NCBI GenBank assembly: GCA_963735245.1
Contig: CAVTKI010000003.1
Location: forward strand, 78,794 to 142,793
Reading direction: 5' to 3'
Origin: an uncultured Actinomycetota bacterium
GTDB taxonomy: Bacteria; Actinomycetota; Actinomycetes; Mycobacteriales; Mycobacteriaceae
DNA length: 64,000 nucleotides
Part shown: piece after piece, positions 11,006 through 22,075 of the stretch
How positions within the stretch are numbered: position 1 is the first letter of the stretch
How the letters are laid out: each line of letters opens with the position of its first letter
Made by a program: the position numbers and the translations under genes
Notes under the pieces: generated by a model
The model's database searches: none
What the model was told of the DNA's origin: nothing
What the model saw: the letters and a program-made list of their open reading frames with translations, nothing else

Positions 11006-13436
11006 TTATATGGTGAGTCGATAATCCGCGTCGCCGAACGCATTCAGTGCCATCGCCATCACCGAACCCTGCGCGAGCCCGGCTGCCCAGGGCCTGGCGC
11101 AGCAGCTCGCCGAGCGGCCTGCCTCCTGCGGCCTCCTTGACCGCGGCGACAGACCGGCGGTCACCGGACCGGCTTGCCGGCCCAGCACCGTGGATGTCGT
11201 GCCGACGACGACCGATGCGTTCTGTTGTCGGAACTCGCGGGCGAACGTCGCCTGCTCCAATCCTTCCGACGAGGTGACGCAGCCGAACAGGAATGCCACC
11301 GGTCCTGGGATGCCCGGTGGCGCGTCGACCACTTCGGGGAAGACGCGCGTCACGTAGAGGTCGCTCTCCGTGCCGATCTGCATGCTCCACTCGCCTCGGT
11401 CCTCGTCAAACCTGGCGTGGCCCAGCACGATCAGAAGGTCCGGCTGCTTGGCGTTGATGATCTCTTCCCAGCTGCGCCAGTCGGTGATCGGACCGTCGAA
11501 CGGGATCCCGGCCGCCTCGAGCGCTCGCGCAATCCGGTGCGACGGCGGGATGTAGGTATCCGGAGCGCCGCGCGGTGCCTTGTCTGCCTTCGCGCTCAGC
11601 GCGAACACTGCTCGCTTCAGCTGGACAGGGGTTCGACCGGCGATGTCGCCTCGGCGCAAGCGCGCCTGGCGCGGGTCTCCGCCGCGCCAACAGCATTGTG
11701 ACGTTCAATGACTCGGTTGAGACCCCAAAAACCCAACGGGCACAGCGTGCTGCGGTTATCGGCTCCAGCAGCGTGGCACCGTGGGCATCGACCGTCGGCG
11801 ATGCCGTCGGTCCACTGGGTGCACAGCTCGAAATCGTCGGGCGGGCTTGGCAGCTCATACACGAACTCGAAAGGAAGCTCAGGCGCAGCGTCGCTGAGCC
11901 GCAGAACCTGCAGGAACCGCTCCCCCGTCACCGCCTCGCGCTGGACCTGATTGGGGAACAGCGACCGCAACAACAGACTGCCCTGCACCGCAAGGTATTT
12001 CAGCAGAGACCGGGCCTGAGGACCGTTCAAGTCGGGCGCCTCGTCGAGCTCGACCGCCATCTCGCCGAGCTTGGCGGCGATCCGGTTGCTCGCGTGCGAG
12101 ACTCATTTTCACGAGGCTCGATCAGAAAGTCGCCGCACTCCGCGTACACGGCGGGGTTGGTGTCCAACTCGATGGTCACACCGCCGGCCGACTGTTCGTC
12201 GAGCCGGGCCAACGGGTGAAATTCGCCGTCGATGACGAGGCTGGGCCGACCGCCGGGGACGCCGTCGGCGTCGATCACCTGGCGGTCAGAATGGCGCTCT
12301 GGACCGCTCGGGATTGGTGCAACACCGTGATGCGCCCCCGCCATTGGTCGGCGGCGGGGTCGACGTCGATCGGGAATGGCACATCGGCGCTCGGGCCGTT
12401 CGCGGGCAATTGCAAAGGCCGCCGGACGATTTCGCCCACATCGGGCTTGACGATGACCTCCAGGTCCCGCGTCCGTCGGGTCCCGGCCGGCCCAACTGCC
12501 TCTCATCGAGCGCGACAGTCGGCCCCAGCCGCGTCGGGCCAAGCGATCCGATCCCACGAGCAGCACCATCGGTTGGTTGCGCAAGAATCCGTACCCGATC
12601 CGCGGGCCGGGGGCACCGTCGCGCTGACGGCGGTGCAGCGCCACCTGAAGAAATCGGCTGACCCCGGCAGGACCGGCACGGCGCCGGTCGAGCCCGTCGG
12701 TGATCGCTTGATCACCCCTCAGCGCAGCAGTGACCAGCGCGCCGGCGCGGGCAGCCATCGGGTCGTCGCGCGCATCGTCATTGCCGACTCGCCTGCGAGA
12801 TCACGCAGCGCCGCCTCGACTTCGCGCGACGATCGGTACACACCCCGGGACGGAAAGCGATCCACGCCACGCGGAACCCCCCGCGCGGCGCGAGTCACCG
12901 GCGGTGGTGGCTCCATCACCTCCAGCTCAACCTCGGGGGCGTCGATCGTCGCCAGCCCCGCCAGGAAGGCGTACCGCGGCGAAACCGCAAGGGCGTCCGG
13001 ATCGCCCACCAGCGTATGTGGGCCGCACCGGACCAGGCCCTCCTCTACGGTGGCCCCCTCCGCCAGCTGCCGAACGAACAGTGACAATCGGTCGGCACTG
13101 AACGCCGCGATCACATAGCCGACCGCGCCCATGGCGTGGGCCGCGTCCACCGCCGCCGCTGGCGTCAACCTCCTCGGCGGAATGCCCGAGCATCACAACC
13201 AGGTTGGCCGAGAAGGTGACCGCCGCACCAAGCAGCTCAAGCTCCGACGTCGTCTGCGCAATCGCGATATCGCAATCGAGCCCATCCACACCCAAGCGGA
13301 TCCTTCTCGAGCAGCACACCGGCAGGGGCAGCGACGACGTCGTCGAGCACTGCGCCGCCGACGACCCCGGCGGCAGTCCAACGCGAAGCGGGAACCGCCA
13401 GTCCGGGTCGCTGTCGAAGGTCGGCTCGTCGGTCAT
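11006..13436 (-). CDS. Large CHAT (caspase-HetF) domain protease, reconstructed over several frameshifts
   Basis: C-terminal LPFEFVY, CPLGFWGLNRVIE, LLIVLGH (His), VAFLFGC (Cys), FAREF...ASVVVGT, ending AFGDADYRL; upstream beta-rich segment; pieces in ORFs 12927..13436, 12719..13168, 12027..12758, 11617..12060, 11006..11659. Confidence 0.65.
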
Positions 13437-13804
13437 CGTGCTCCTCGACCGCGCGCGACGGGACCGACCTCGACTGCACCGCAGCGGATCGTGGTCATGC
13501 GGCCCCCTTGCTCTACCCGCAGTTCTACAGGCCCGCGGACAGACCCGGCGATGAATCAGGAGACTTCACCCCGAATTGCTCACCCCCACAGCACATGGCG
13601 GCCCAAACGGTGCACAGCCCGCCACACCATCGGCAGCACCGGTCGCGGGCGCTGCCCTGAGTCATGTCACTGAAGCCGCGACGCGCAACGAACGATCCCC
13701 ATTATTGGCATCACCGTTGCGGCATTGTCCGATACTTGAACCATGCACGACTGCGCCCAAACCACCGGGCGGGCAACTTCATCGACTCACGGGGGGAACC
13801 GGCC

Positions 13805-14802
13805 ATGCGTAAAGCACTGATCGTTGGCATCGATTACTACGACCGCATCCCAGCCCTCGCGGGTTGTGTCAACGACGCAAGCGCGGTGAAATCCGTTCTC
13901 GAGCGCCACGCAGACGGCACCACGAACTTCACCACTCCGGAAATCCTGCTCGGCGCGACAGCCGACTCAGCCGTAACGAAACAAGAGCTGAAGGAGGCGG
14001 TGAGGCAGCTGTTCTACGACGATGCCGACATCGCGCTGTTGTACTTCGCCGGTCACGGCTATACCGAAGACACCGGCGGGTTTCTGTGCGCGAGCGATTG
14101 CGCGACGGGCGACGATGGACTCCCGCTGGCCGAAGTCATGACGTTTGCCAACAAGTCGCAGGCGAAGAACAAGGTGATCGTTCTCGACAGCTGCCACAGC
14201 GGCATCGCCGGGGATAGTCCGATTCACGACAAGTTTGCCGAAGTCGCCGAAGGGCATGACGATCTTGAGCGCCTCGGGAGCAAACCAGTATGCGCTGGAA
14301 GTTGCCGAAGGCGGCGCCGGCGTATTCAGACGAGCCTGTTCGTCCATGCGCTTCAGGGCGCGGCGGCCAATCTCGTGGGAGACGTTACGCCCGGCAGCGT
14401 CTACTCACACATCGATCAGTCTCTCGGGTCCTTGGTCGCAACGGCCCGTGTTCAAGACGAACGTCAAGAGATTCGTGTCGCTCAGACGGGCGCAGCCGCC
14501 GATTCCTCTGGATCATCTACGAGCCGTCACGAAATACTTCCCCACGCCAGGTCCATCAGCTGCCTCTCGACCCCTCGTACGAGCCGGAGCGCTCACCCGA
14601 TCAGCTGGCCAACTCGTCGATTCCGCCACCGGATCCCGCCAAGACTGCCGTCTTTGCGATCTTGCAGGCGCAGGCACTCGTCAACATGGTCCGCCCGGTC
14701 GGCGCACTCCACATGTGGCACGCCGCGATGCAGAGCAAGGCGTGCGAGTTAACCGTCCTGGGCCAACACTATTGGAATCTCGTTGACAAGGGCCTGCTGT
14801 AG
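13805..14802 (+). CDS. Caspase family (peptidase C14) protein with C-terminal extension, frameshifted
   Basis: [28 protein letters not shown] (His), VLDSCHSG (Cys); G-rich RBS; C-terminus LDPSYEPE...[30 protein letters not shown]. Confidence 0.88.
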
Positions 14803-14803
14803 C

Positions 14804-15097
14804 GTGCCCGACATACCGGAAGGACCTGCCGAGTGCGCTGCGCGAGGGATCGCTGATCGAAGCTCTTGCAGCTGTCGAGACACAGAGCGGTGGTCGCACT
14901 GGCAGCGCTATATGCACGCGCAATGTCAAAGTCAAGACGATGGTTCGCTAACGATTCCCGCCGACCTCGTGATGCGGTGGACGACGCAGATGTCGACGCC
15001 TTATTCGGGGTTGTCGGAGACCGAAAAAGAAAGTGATCGCGAGCAAGTACGCCGCTATCTATCGACAATCGAGTCGGCCGTGACTCCCCCGCGGTGA
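14804..15097 (+). CDS. Small RyR-domain-like protein
   Basis: GTG start 2 nt after the caspase stop; (LAAVE)..ERWSHWQRY...TPYSGLSETEKESDREQV resembles the RyR repeat (LA..EHERW...PY..LSE.EK..DR). Confidence 0.6.
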   Translation: MPDIPEGPAECAARGIADRSSCSCRDTERWSHWQRYMHAQCQSQDDGSLTIPADLVMRWTTQMSTPYSGLSETEKESDREQVRRYLSTIESAVTPPR

Positions 15098-15155
15098 TGA
15101 CCATCTGATTTGGTCACGGCCCTCGCTTCACCGTCCACGGGTACACCGGACTGCA

Positions 15156-17620
15156 TCAATTGCGCATCGAACCGTCGCCTATGCGAGCACCGGCAGACGG
15201 CTTGTCGTAGTCGACGTCTGGCGAAATCCACTCTCGCCACTGATCGTGGCTGAGGTTGTCGGTCAGCTTGGCGCACAGAACGTCTCGCCACGCGGCAGGT
15301 TCAGATGGGGGCGCCGGCCAAAGGCGCGCGTTGCCGTCTTCACCGCCGGAAACAATCTGACGTCCGTCCGGGCTGAAGGCGACACTGTTTACGTTCCCCT
15401 GGACCAAGAAGGGTTCGCCGAGCGGCGTGCGGGTTTCGTTCTGCCACAACCAAATCGAGCAGTCGGCGAGGAGGGGATGCGCTCCGGACGTCCGGGCGGC
15501 GCTGGCGCTGGCCAACCGGCGCCCATCCGGGCTGAACGCCACACCGTTCACCGCCGCGGCGTGGCCGGTGAGCGGCTCGCCGAGAGCTGGCCGGTGTCGG
15601 CGTTCCACAGCCGCACCGTGCGGTCGGCGCTGGCGCTGGCCAGCCGGCGCCCGTCGGGGCTGAACGCCACACCGTGCACCGCCGCGGCGTGGCCGGTGAG
15701 CGGCTCGCCGATCGACTGTCCGGTGTCGGCGTCCCACAGCCGCACGGTCGCGGTCGAGCGCTGGCGCTGGCCAGCCGGCGCCCGTCGGGGCTGAACGCCA
15801 CACCGAGCACGGGGCCGGTGTGGCCGGTGAGCTGCCCGGTCATCGGCGTTCCACAGCCCGCACCTTGCCGTCGCCGCAGCTGCCGCCGGCCAGGCGGTGC
15901 CCGTCGGGGCTGAACGCCACACTGAACACCGTCGCCGGTGTGCCCGGTCAGCGGCTGCCCGAGCGGCTGGCCGGTGTCGGCGTCCACAGTCGCACCGTCT
16001 CGTCAGCGCTGGCGGTGGCCAGCCGATGTCCGTCGGGGCTGAACGCCACGGCCGAACACCGCGTCGGTGTGGCCGACCAGCGGGGCGCCGAGCGGTTGGC
16101 CGGTGTCGGCGTTCCACAACCGCACCGTGCTGTCATCACTGGCGCTGGCCAGGCGGTGCCCGTCGGGGCTGAACGCCACGCCGAGCACGACGGCGGTGTG
16201 GCCGGTCGAGCAGCGCCGAGCGGTTGGCCGGTGTCGGCGTTCCACAACCGCGCCGTGCTGTCGTGCTGGCAGTGGCCAAGCGGCGTCCATCAGGGCTGAA
16301 CGCCACACTGGTCACGCCTCGGTGTGGCCGGTCACGACGGCGCCGACCGGTTGGCCGGTGTCGGCGTCCCACAACCGCACGGTGGCATCCGACCCGCGCG
16401 GGCCAGGCGGTGCCCGTCGGGGCTGAACGCCACACCGTTGACACCGCCCGTTATGGCCCGTCAGCGGTGCGCCGATCGGCCGACCGGTGTCGGCATCCCA
16501 AAGTCGTACAGATCCGTCGGCCGATGACCGCTGACGAGCCGTTGCCCGTCCGGGCTGAACGCCACCCCGGAAGCGGCACGTGCGCGTCAATGGGAGCGAA
16601 GGATTGGCCGGTGTCCGCGTCCACAGCCGAAGCGTCCATCCGCTAGTACTAGCCAGCCGGTGCCCGTCGGGGCTGAACGCCACACCGGCCACCGCGGAGG
16701 TGTGACCGGTGATGATCTTGACGGTGCGCATCCGTTGAATCACCGTGTTGTAAGAACGCGCTGGCCACAGCGCATCGTCGGGGGCGGCGAGGCGTGCGCG
16801 CAGCGAGGATCTGCTGCAAGGCGCGCGCGTCCCCGCCCGGCTGGCCCCGCCAGCATGCCCTTCGCTTCGGCGATCAGCTTCTGCGCGAGTGGCGACCCGC
16901 AGATTGGTGCTCTGCTCTGGTTGCGTTGGCGGATGGCTTCTTGTCGCTGGCCATCTGCGATGCGCCGTTGCGATCAGCCAACCGCTGCCGCCGACGAGCG
17001 CACCACCGTCAGCACCACCAGACCGGCTATCGCGGCGCGGCGTAGCCGCGGAATGCGGCGTTGTTCGCGCAGGTCTTCGCTCGCCAGTTCGGATTTCGGT
17101 TTGCCGTGGATCGGGGCGGCCAGGTCGGTGACCTTCTCCCGGAACAACGGCGCGTCCGGATCCCAGGGGCGTCGTCGCTGACGTCGACGTAGAGCGGCTC
17201 GGCCGGCAGCGCACCGGGCTGCGTCAGCACCGGCAGCGCCGCGTCCGAGCTGCCCGGGTCAAACCGTCCTGCCGCTTCGTCCCATACGAGGCACCCACTG
17301 GCCACGACGAACAGCACGTGGTCGGATCCGCGGCGCTCCAACCAGTGCGCGACTTCCCTGTTGACCCACTTGGAGGCGACCGCGCTGGGCGACTGCACCA
17401 CGACCAGGTACCGCGATCGATCCAGGGCTTCGGTGACCTTGCCCCACAGATCGGGGCTGGCCGTCAGATCGGTGGAGTCACGAAACACCCGCAGCGCCGG
17501 CGGCTGGCCAAACCGCCTGCCGATGCGTTGCAGACCGCGCTGGATCCCGTGAGCGACCGCTCGATCATCGTGGTCGTAGGAGATGAAGGCGTCGTACGGA
17601 AACGACTGTCCGCGCGTCAC
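15156..17620 (-). CDS. TIR domain - transmembrane - WD40 repeat protein, heavily frameshifted
   Basis: YDAFISY...VFRDSTDL...[25 protein letters not shown] (TIR with WxxxE); hydrophobic segment near 17000; many GHT..V..VAFSPDG..LASAS.D.TVRLW repeats; ends [21 protein letters not shown]. Confidence 0.85.
15320..16720 (-). repeat. WD40-coding tandem repeats (~125-130 bp period, about 11 copies)
   Basis: Recurrent ggggctgaacgccac (VAFSP on the minus strand) near 15371, 15530, 15658, 15789, 15908, 16037, 16167, 16294, 16421, 16553, 16672. Confidence 0.85.
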
Positions 17621-17765
17621 GACCGCACTGGAAAAGAAAGAGCATCGTCGTCGGGCGTCGAGGAGAGCCGCTGCGCGACGCGCAGATCCGACGACGTCAA
17701 TTGGCGCAAGAAGCCGCCGACCTGCACAAACTCCGTGTACAGTCCGATCATGTGGGGGCACAGAC

Positions 17766-20355
17766 ATGGCCGGTGGTGCAACGCGACAGCTGAGTTCGCG
17801 CGCATCCACGCGGCACTGGTCGGTGACAACAAAACCTCGGGCATCGTCCTCGATCGGTGATGCCGGAGTGGGCAAGACGACTCTGGCACGGCTCGTCACC
17901 CAGTCACTCCCAAGCAGGGTGCAGTGGGTAGCTGGCACGGAATCGGCCCGCACCATCCCGCTCGGCGTCTTTGCACACCTGGTCAGCTCCGCGACATCGC
18001 GTGACCCGATCGCGTTCCTCGCTGCCGCCCGCGAAACGCTGCTTGCGGAGCGCGACTCGATCGTCGGTGTCGACGACGCCCACATGCTCGACCAGCTCTC
18101 TGCCACATTGCTGCACCAACTCGCCATCGACGGGTCGGTGCGGATCGTGGCGACCGTGCGTCGTGGGGAGACCCTTCCCGATGCGATTACCTCGCTGTGG
18201 AAGGACGGCTACCTCGAACTGCTGAATCTGCAACCGTTCACGAAGGCCCAGTGCGTCACCTTGATCGAAGATGCCCTCGGTGGACGGGTCGAGGGGCTCA
18301 GCGCCGACCTGATGTGGGACGCCTCCGCAGGCAACGCACTCTATGTCCGGCACCTCGTCGAAGGTGCGCTGGAAACGGGCGCGCTCAGACAGGTTCGCGG
18401 TGTATGGCAATTGCGCGGCCGCACCTCTGTGACCTCCGAGCTGGCCTCTCTGCTCGATGCTCGCGTCGAAGCGCTGCCTGACCCGGTCATGCACGTTCTG
18501 CGGCTGGTGACCTTTTGCGAACCGCTCGACCTCGACGTCCTTACCGAGCATGGCCGGCGCTGACGCGGTCGAACAGGCCGAAGCCCGCGGTCTGATTCGC
18601 CTTGCCGAAGAACGCGACGGTATCGACGTACGCTTCACCCACCCGCTGTTCGGCGAAGCGATCAGACGGCGGCTCGGGATCGCGGCGGCGCGGCGGGTGC
18701 GAGGCGAGCTTGCGCGCGCCCTGCAGCGCCAACCGATCACCGCGCCAACGCAGCGGATGCGGCTGGCCGAACTCACCCTCGACAGCGATGTAGTCCCCGA
18801 CGTCGACCTGCTCGTCGGCGCCGCGCGTGACGCCATCGCCCTCAGCAACATCGCTCTCGGCGAACGGTTGTCGCGCGCGGCGGTCAACCGCGGCGCCGGC
18901 CTGAGGGGCAGCGAACTTCTGGGTCGCGCCCTCCTGTGGCAGGGCAATGCCGCGGAGGCCGAAGACGTGTTCTCCGCCTTCGATCCCGATCAGCTCGGTG
19001 AGATCGATCTGGTGCGTTGGGGTACCGCGCGCATCGCCAATCTGCACTGGGCCATGGGCGACGCCGACGCCGCCGACGAAGTGATCAACCTGCTGCGCAG
19101 CCGGGTCGCCGACCCCATGCTCGGTCTGGTCGTGGACGGACTCGCTGCGGCGTCGCTGGTGTTCGAAAACCGACTGGTCGAGGCCGCCGACCTCGCCGGC
19201 CGCGTCCTTGCCGACCCCGCAGCGCCTCCCTCCGCGGTGCAGTGGGCGGTCTTCGGCGGTGGACTCGCCCTCGGGCTGATGGGACGCGGGAACGAGGTCG
19301 CCGCGATCGCCGAACGAGGGCGCGCCTTGGACGACCAGGCTGAAGGGCTGCTGCGGTACCTGATGGCGTTCGGGGAGATCCGGGCATTGGTCGCCACGGG
19401 CGATTTCGCCGTCGCCGAGCAGCGGTCCGCCGACATCGTCCGGGTGTTCCTCCCCAGGCCAGTATCTGGCGTGGGGAATGGCCAACGTGCTGGCCGGCAC
19501 CGTGGAGTTGGCGCGCGGACAGTTTCCCGCGACCGTGTCGCGAATGGAGCAGACGGTTGCGGCTCTGACCTCTGAGTCCGCCGCTTCGTGGAGCTTCCCT
19601 GCCCGACTGCTTCTCGCGCAGGCCTACTCGGCTCTCGGCCGCACCGACGCCGGCAGCAAGATGATCGCCGAACTGAAGATGCGCTACGCCCGGCACGTCG
19701 CGGTGTTTCATCCTCAACTTCTTGATCGCTGAATCATGGCTTGCGGCTGCCCTTGGCAATGTCAGCGGCGCCGCCGATCTTGCGCTGGAAGCTGCGCGTT
19801 CGGCCCGACTCTCCGGTCAACGGGCCATCGAATTGCTCGCCCATCACGACGCCGCCCGCTTCGGGGACCGCACCGGTCTGGAGGCCTTCGCCGACGTGGC
19901 TGCCACCATCGATGGTGCACTGGCGCGCACGCAGCATGCCTATGCCCGTGCGCTCATCGACCGCGATGCCACTGCGCTCTATGACGCCGCCAACGCGTTC
20001 TCCGACATCGGCGCGCTCCTGTACGCCGCCGACGCCGCCGCCCAAGCCGCAGTGCTGTTCGAGTCAGCCGAACGAGCGCAGGCATCACGTCGACTCCGCC
20101 GCCGTTGCTGACCGCATCGCCACCGCGTGTGGCGGAATACAGACTCCCGCACTGAGTTTGGCAGCCAATCCGCTGCCGTTGAGTACGCGGGAACGCGAGA
20201 TCGCCAACCTCGCTGCGCAAGGTCTGTCCAACCGCGACATCGCCGAACGCCTCACGGTCTCCCTCCGCACGGTGGAGGGCCACATCTACCGCGCCTGCAT
20301 CAAGCTCGACGTCACCGACCGGGAAGAGCTGGCCCGCGTCATCCGAAAGACCTGA
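17766..20355 (+). CDS. AAA ATPase - LuxR HTH transcriptional regulator, frameshifted
   Basis: GDAGVGKTT P-loop, VGVDDAHMLD Walker B, AGNALY, FTHPL, C-terminal LSTREREIA.LAAQGLSNRDIA.RL..S.RTVEGH. Confidence 0.9.
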
Positions 20356-20381
20356 TCGTCCGCCGCCCGGCGCGTGACGGT

Positions 20382-21179
20382 CTAACGCAGGACGGCGCGG
20401 CCGCGGATCCGGCCGAGCAGCACCAACGCCAGGAGCGTCACCAACAGCAGGATCGCCGTACAGGCCGCCGCCTGGAACGCCTGCCCGCGATCGGTCAGCG
20501 CGAAGATCGTGACGGGCAGCGTCTTCCACGTCGCCGGATAGACCATCACCGTGGCGCCGAGCTCGCCCATCGACAACGCGACCGCCAACCCCGCGGCCGC
20601 GCCGAGTGCAGGCAGCAGCAGCGGCAGCGTGATTCGCACCAGCACGCGGACCGGCCCTGCCCCAAGCGATTCGGCGGCCTGGCGGTACGCCGGGTCGAGC
20701 CGGTCCAGCGCGGCGGACACCGCACTGAACGAGAAGGCCAGCACCAGCACGGCGTGCGCCAGGATCACGATCCAGCGGGTACCGCCGAGCAGCAGCGGTT
20801 GCGAGTTGAACGCGATCAGCAGTCCGAGGCCGATCGCCACCGACGGCACGGCGATCGGTAGGTGAAAGACCGCGTCGGTGACGCGGCTCAGCCAGCCAGG
20901 AGCTTCGCGCGCGGCGAGCGCCGCCCAGGTGCCGAGCACCAACGCGATGGCGCCGGAGACGAACGCGGTCTGCAGGCTGACCGACAGGCTGGCCAGGTTC
21001 TCGCCGGACAGCGCGTCGTCGAAGTGGCCGAAGCCCAGATCGGACGGCAACGCACCGGTCCACGAGCCGGCCAGTCCGGCGAACACCACGGTGGCCAGCG
21101 GCGCGACGAAGACGACGAACACCACGACGGCGAAGATCCCGAGCAGAACGGCTCTACTTCGCTTGCTCCACAACAACAT
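20382..21179 (-). CDS. phnV: Aminoethylphosphonate-type ABC transporter permease (PhnV-like)
   Basis: Six TM segments, EAA loop (AAESLGAG), SMGELG. Confidence 0.8.
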   Translation of the reverse strand: MLLWSKRSRAVLLGIFAVVVFVVFVAPLATVVFAGLAGSWTGALPSDLGFGHFDDALSGENLASLSVSLQTAFVSGAIALVLGTWAALAAREAPGWLSRVTDAVFHLPIAVPSVAIGLGLLIAFNSQPLLLGGTRWIVILAHAVLVLAFSFSAVSAALDRLDPAYRQAAESLGAGPVRVLVRITLPLLLPALGAAAGLAVALSMGELGATVMVYPATWKTLPVTIFALTDRGQAFQAAACTAILLLVTLLALVLLGRIRGRAVLR

Positions 21180-22075
21180 CCGTGTCTCCCTTCCCTCGGC
21201 TGGTCATCACGCGGGCGAATGTCACGCGGTAGAGCGTGTAGAGGGTCAGCGACAGCGCGATCTGCACGGTGGCGATCACGGCAGCGCCAGGCAGATCGAA
21301 CGTCACGATCCCGCGGGTGTAGATCAGCACCGGCAGCGTCATGACGCCCTTGGCCCCGGTGAACAGCACGATGCCGAACTCGTTGAGCGTCAACAACAGA
21401 ACGAGGCTGCCGCCCGCCATCAGCGCGGGCCACGCCTCGGGCATCACCACCGAACGCAACACCCGCAGCGGCGACGCCCCCAGGCTCGCGGCGACGTCGA
21501 GCTGCGCCCTCGGCAACATCGAGAACGACGCCAGAAGCGGACGGATGACGAACGGCGTGAAGAACGTGACCTCCGCGGCGATCACCCCGGCCGGGGTGTA
21601 GAGGAAGTTCAGCACCGGCGATCCGTCACCGGTGAGCCCGGCGAGCGCGGCGTTCACCGCGCCCGCGGTGCCGTACAGAAACGTGAACGCCAGCGTGATC
21701 AGGAACGACGGGAGCGCGAGGACGGTGTCGATGAGTCGGCCGACGAGTTGCGCACCGGGAAAGGGGACGAACGCCAGCACGATCGCGAGGAACGTGCCGA
21801 GCACGAGGCATCCGACGGTGGAGGTCACCGCGATCGCCACGGTGCGCCACAGCGCGTCCCGGAACGCCTCCGACGAGAGCACCCCGGTCCACGTCGACCA
21901 ACCTCGGCCGCTATCACCGACTTTCAGCGATTCCAGGCACACCCGGACGAGCGGGTACACCGCGGCGAGCAGAACGATCGGCCAACGGCGGCACGGCCCA
22001 CCACGCGGCGAATGACCTCGGCGGCGCCGGCCGGTCGGGTGCCTCCGATGCCGGCTTCTCCAGCAGCGTCGTCAC
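21154..22075 (-). CDS. phnU: Aminoethylphosphonate-type ABC transporter permease (PhnU-like), frameshift near 21975
   Basis: VAASLGAS EAA loop, LNEFGIVLF; GTG start overlaps the ATPase stop. Confidence 0.8.

Noticed and set aside
15320-16720. Regularly spaced repeats as a possible CRISPR array
   Set aside because: Period ~125-130 bp, whole units are similar, they encode WD40 repeats, and no cas genes are present
9850-20400. Mobile element or prophage as carrier of the island
   Set aside because: No integrase, transposase, tRNA or terminal repeats were seen; the left boundary is obscured by the T-free block
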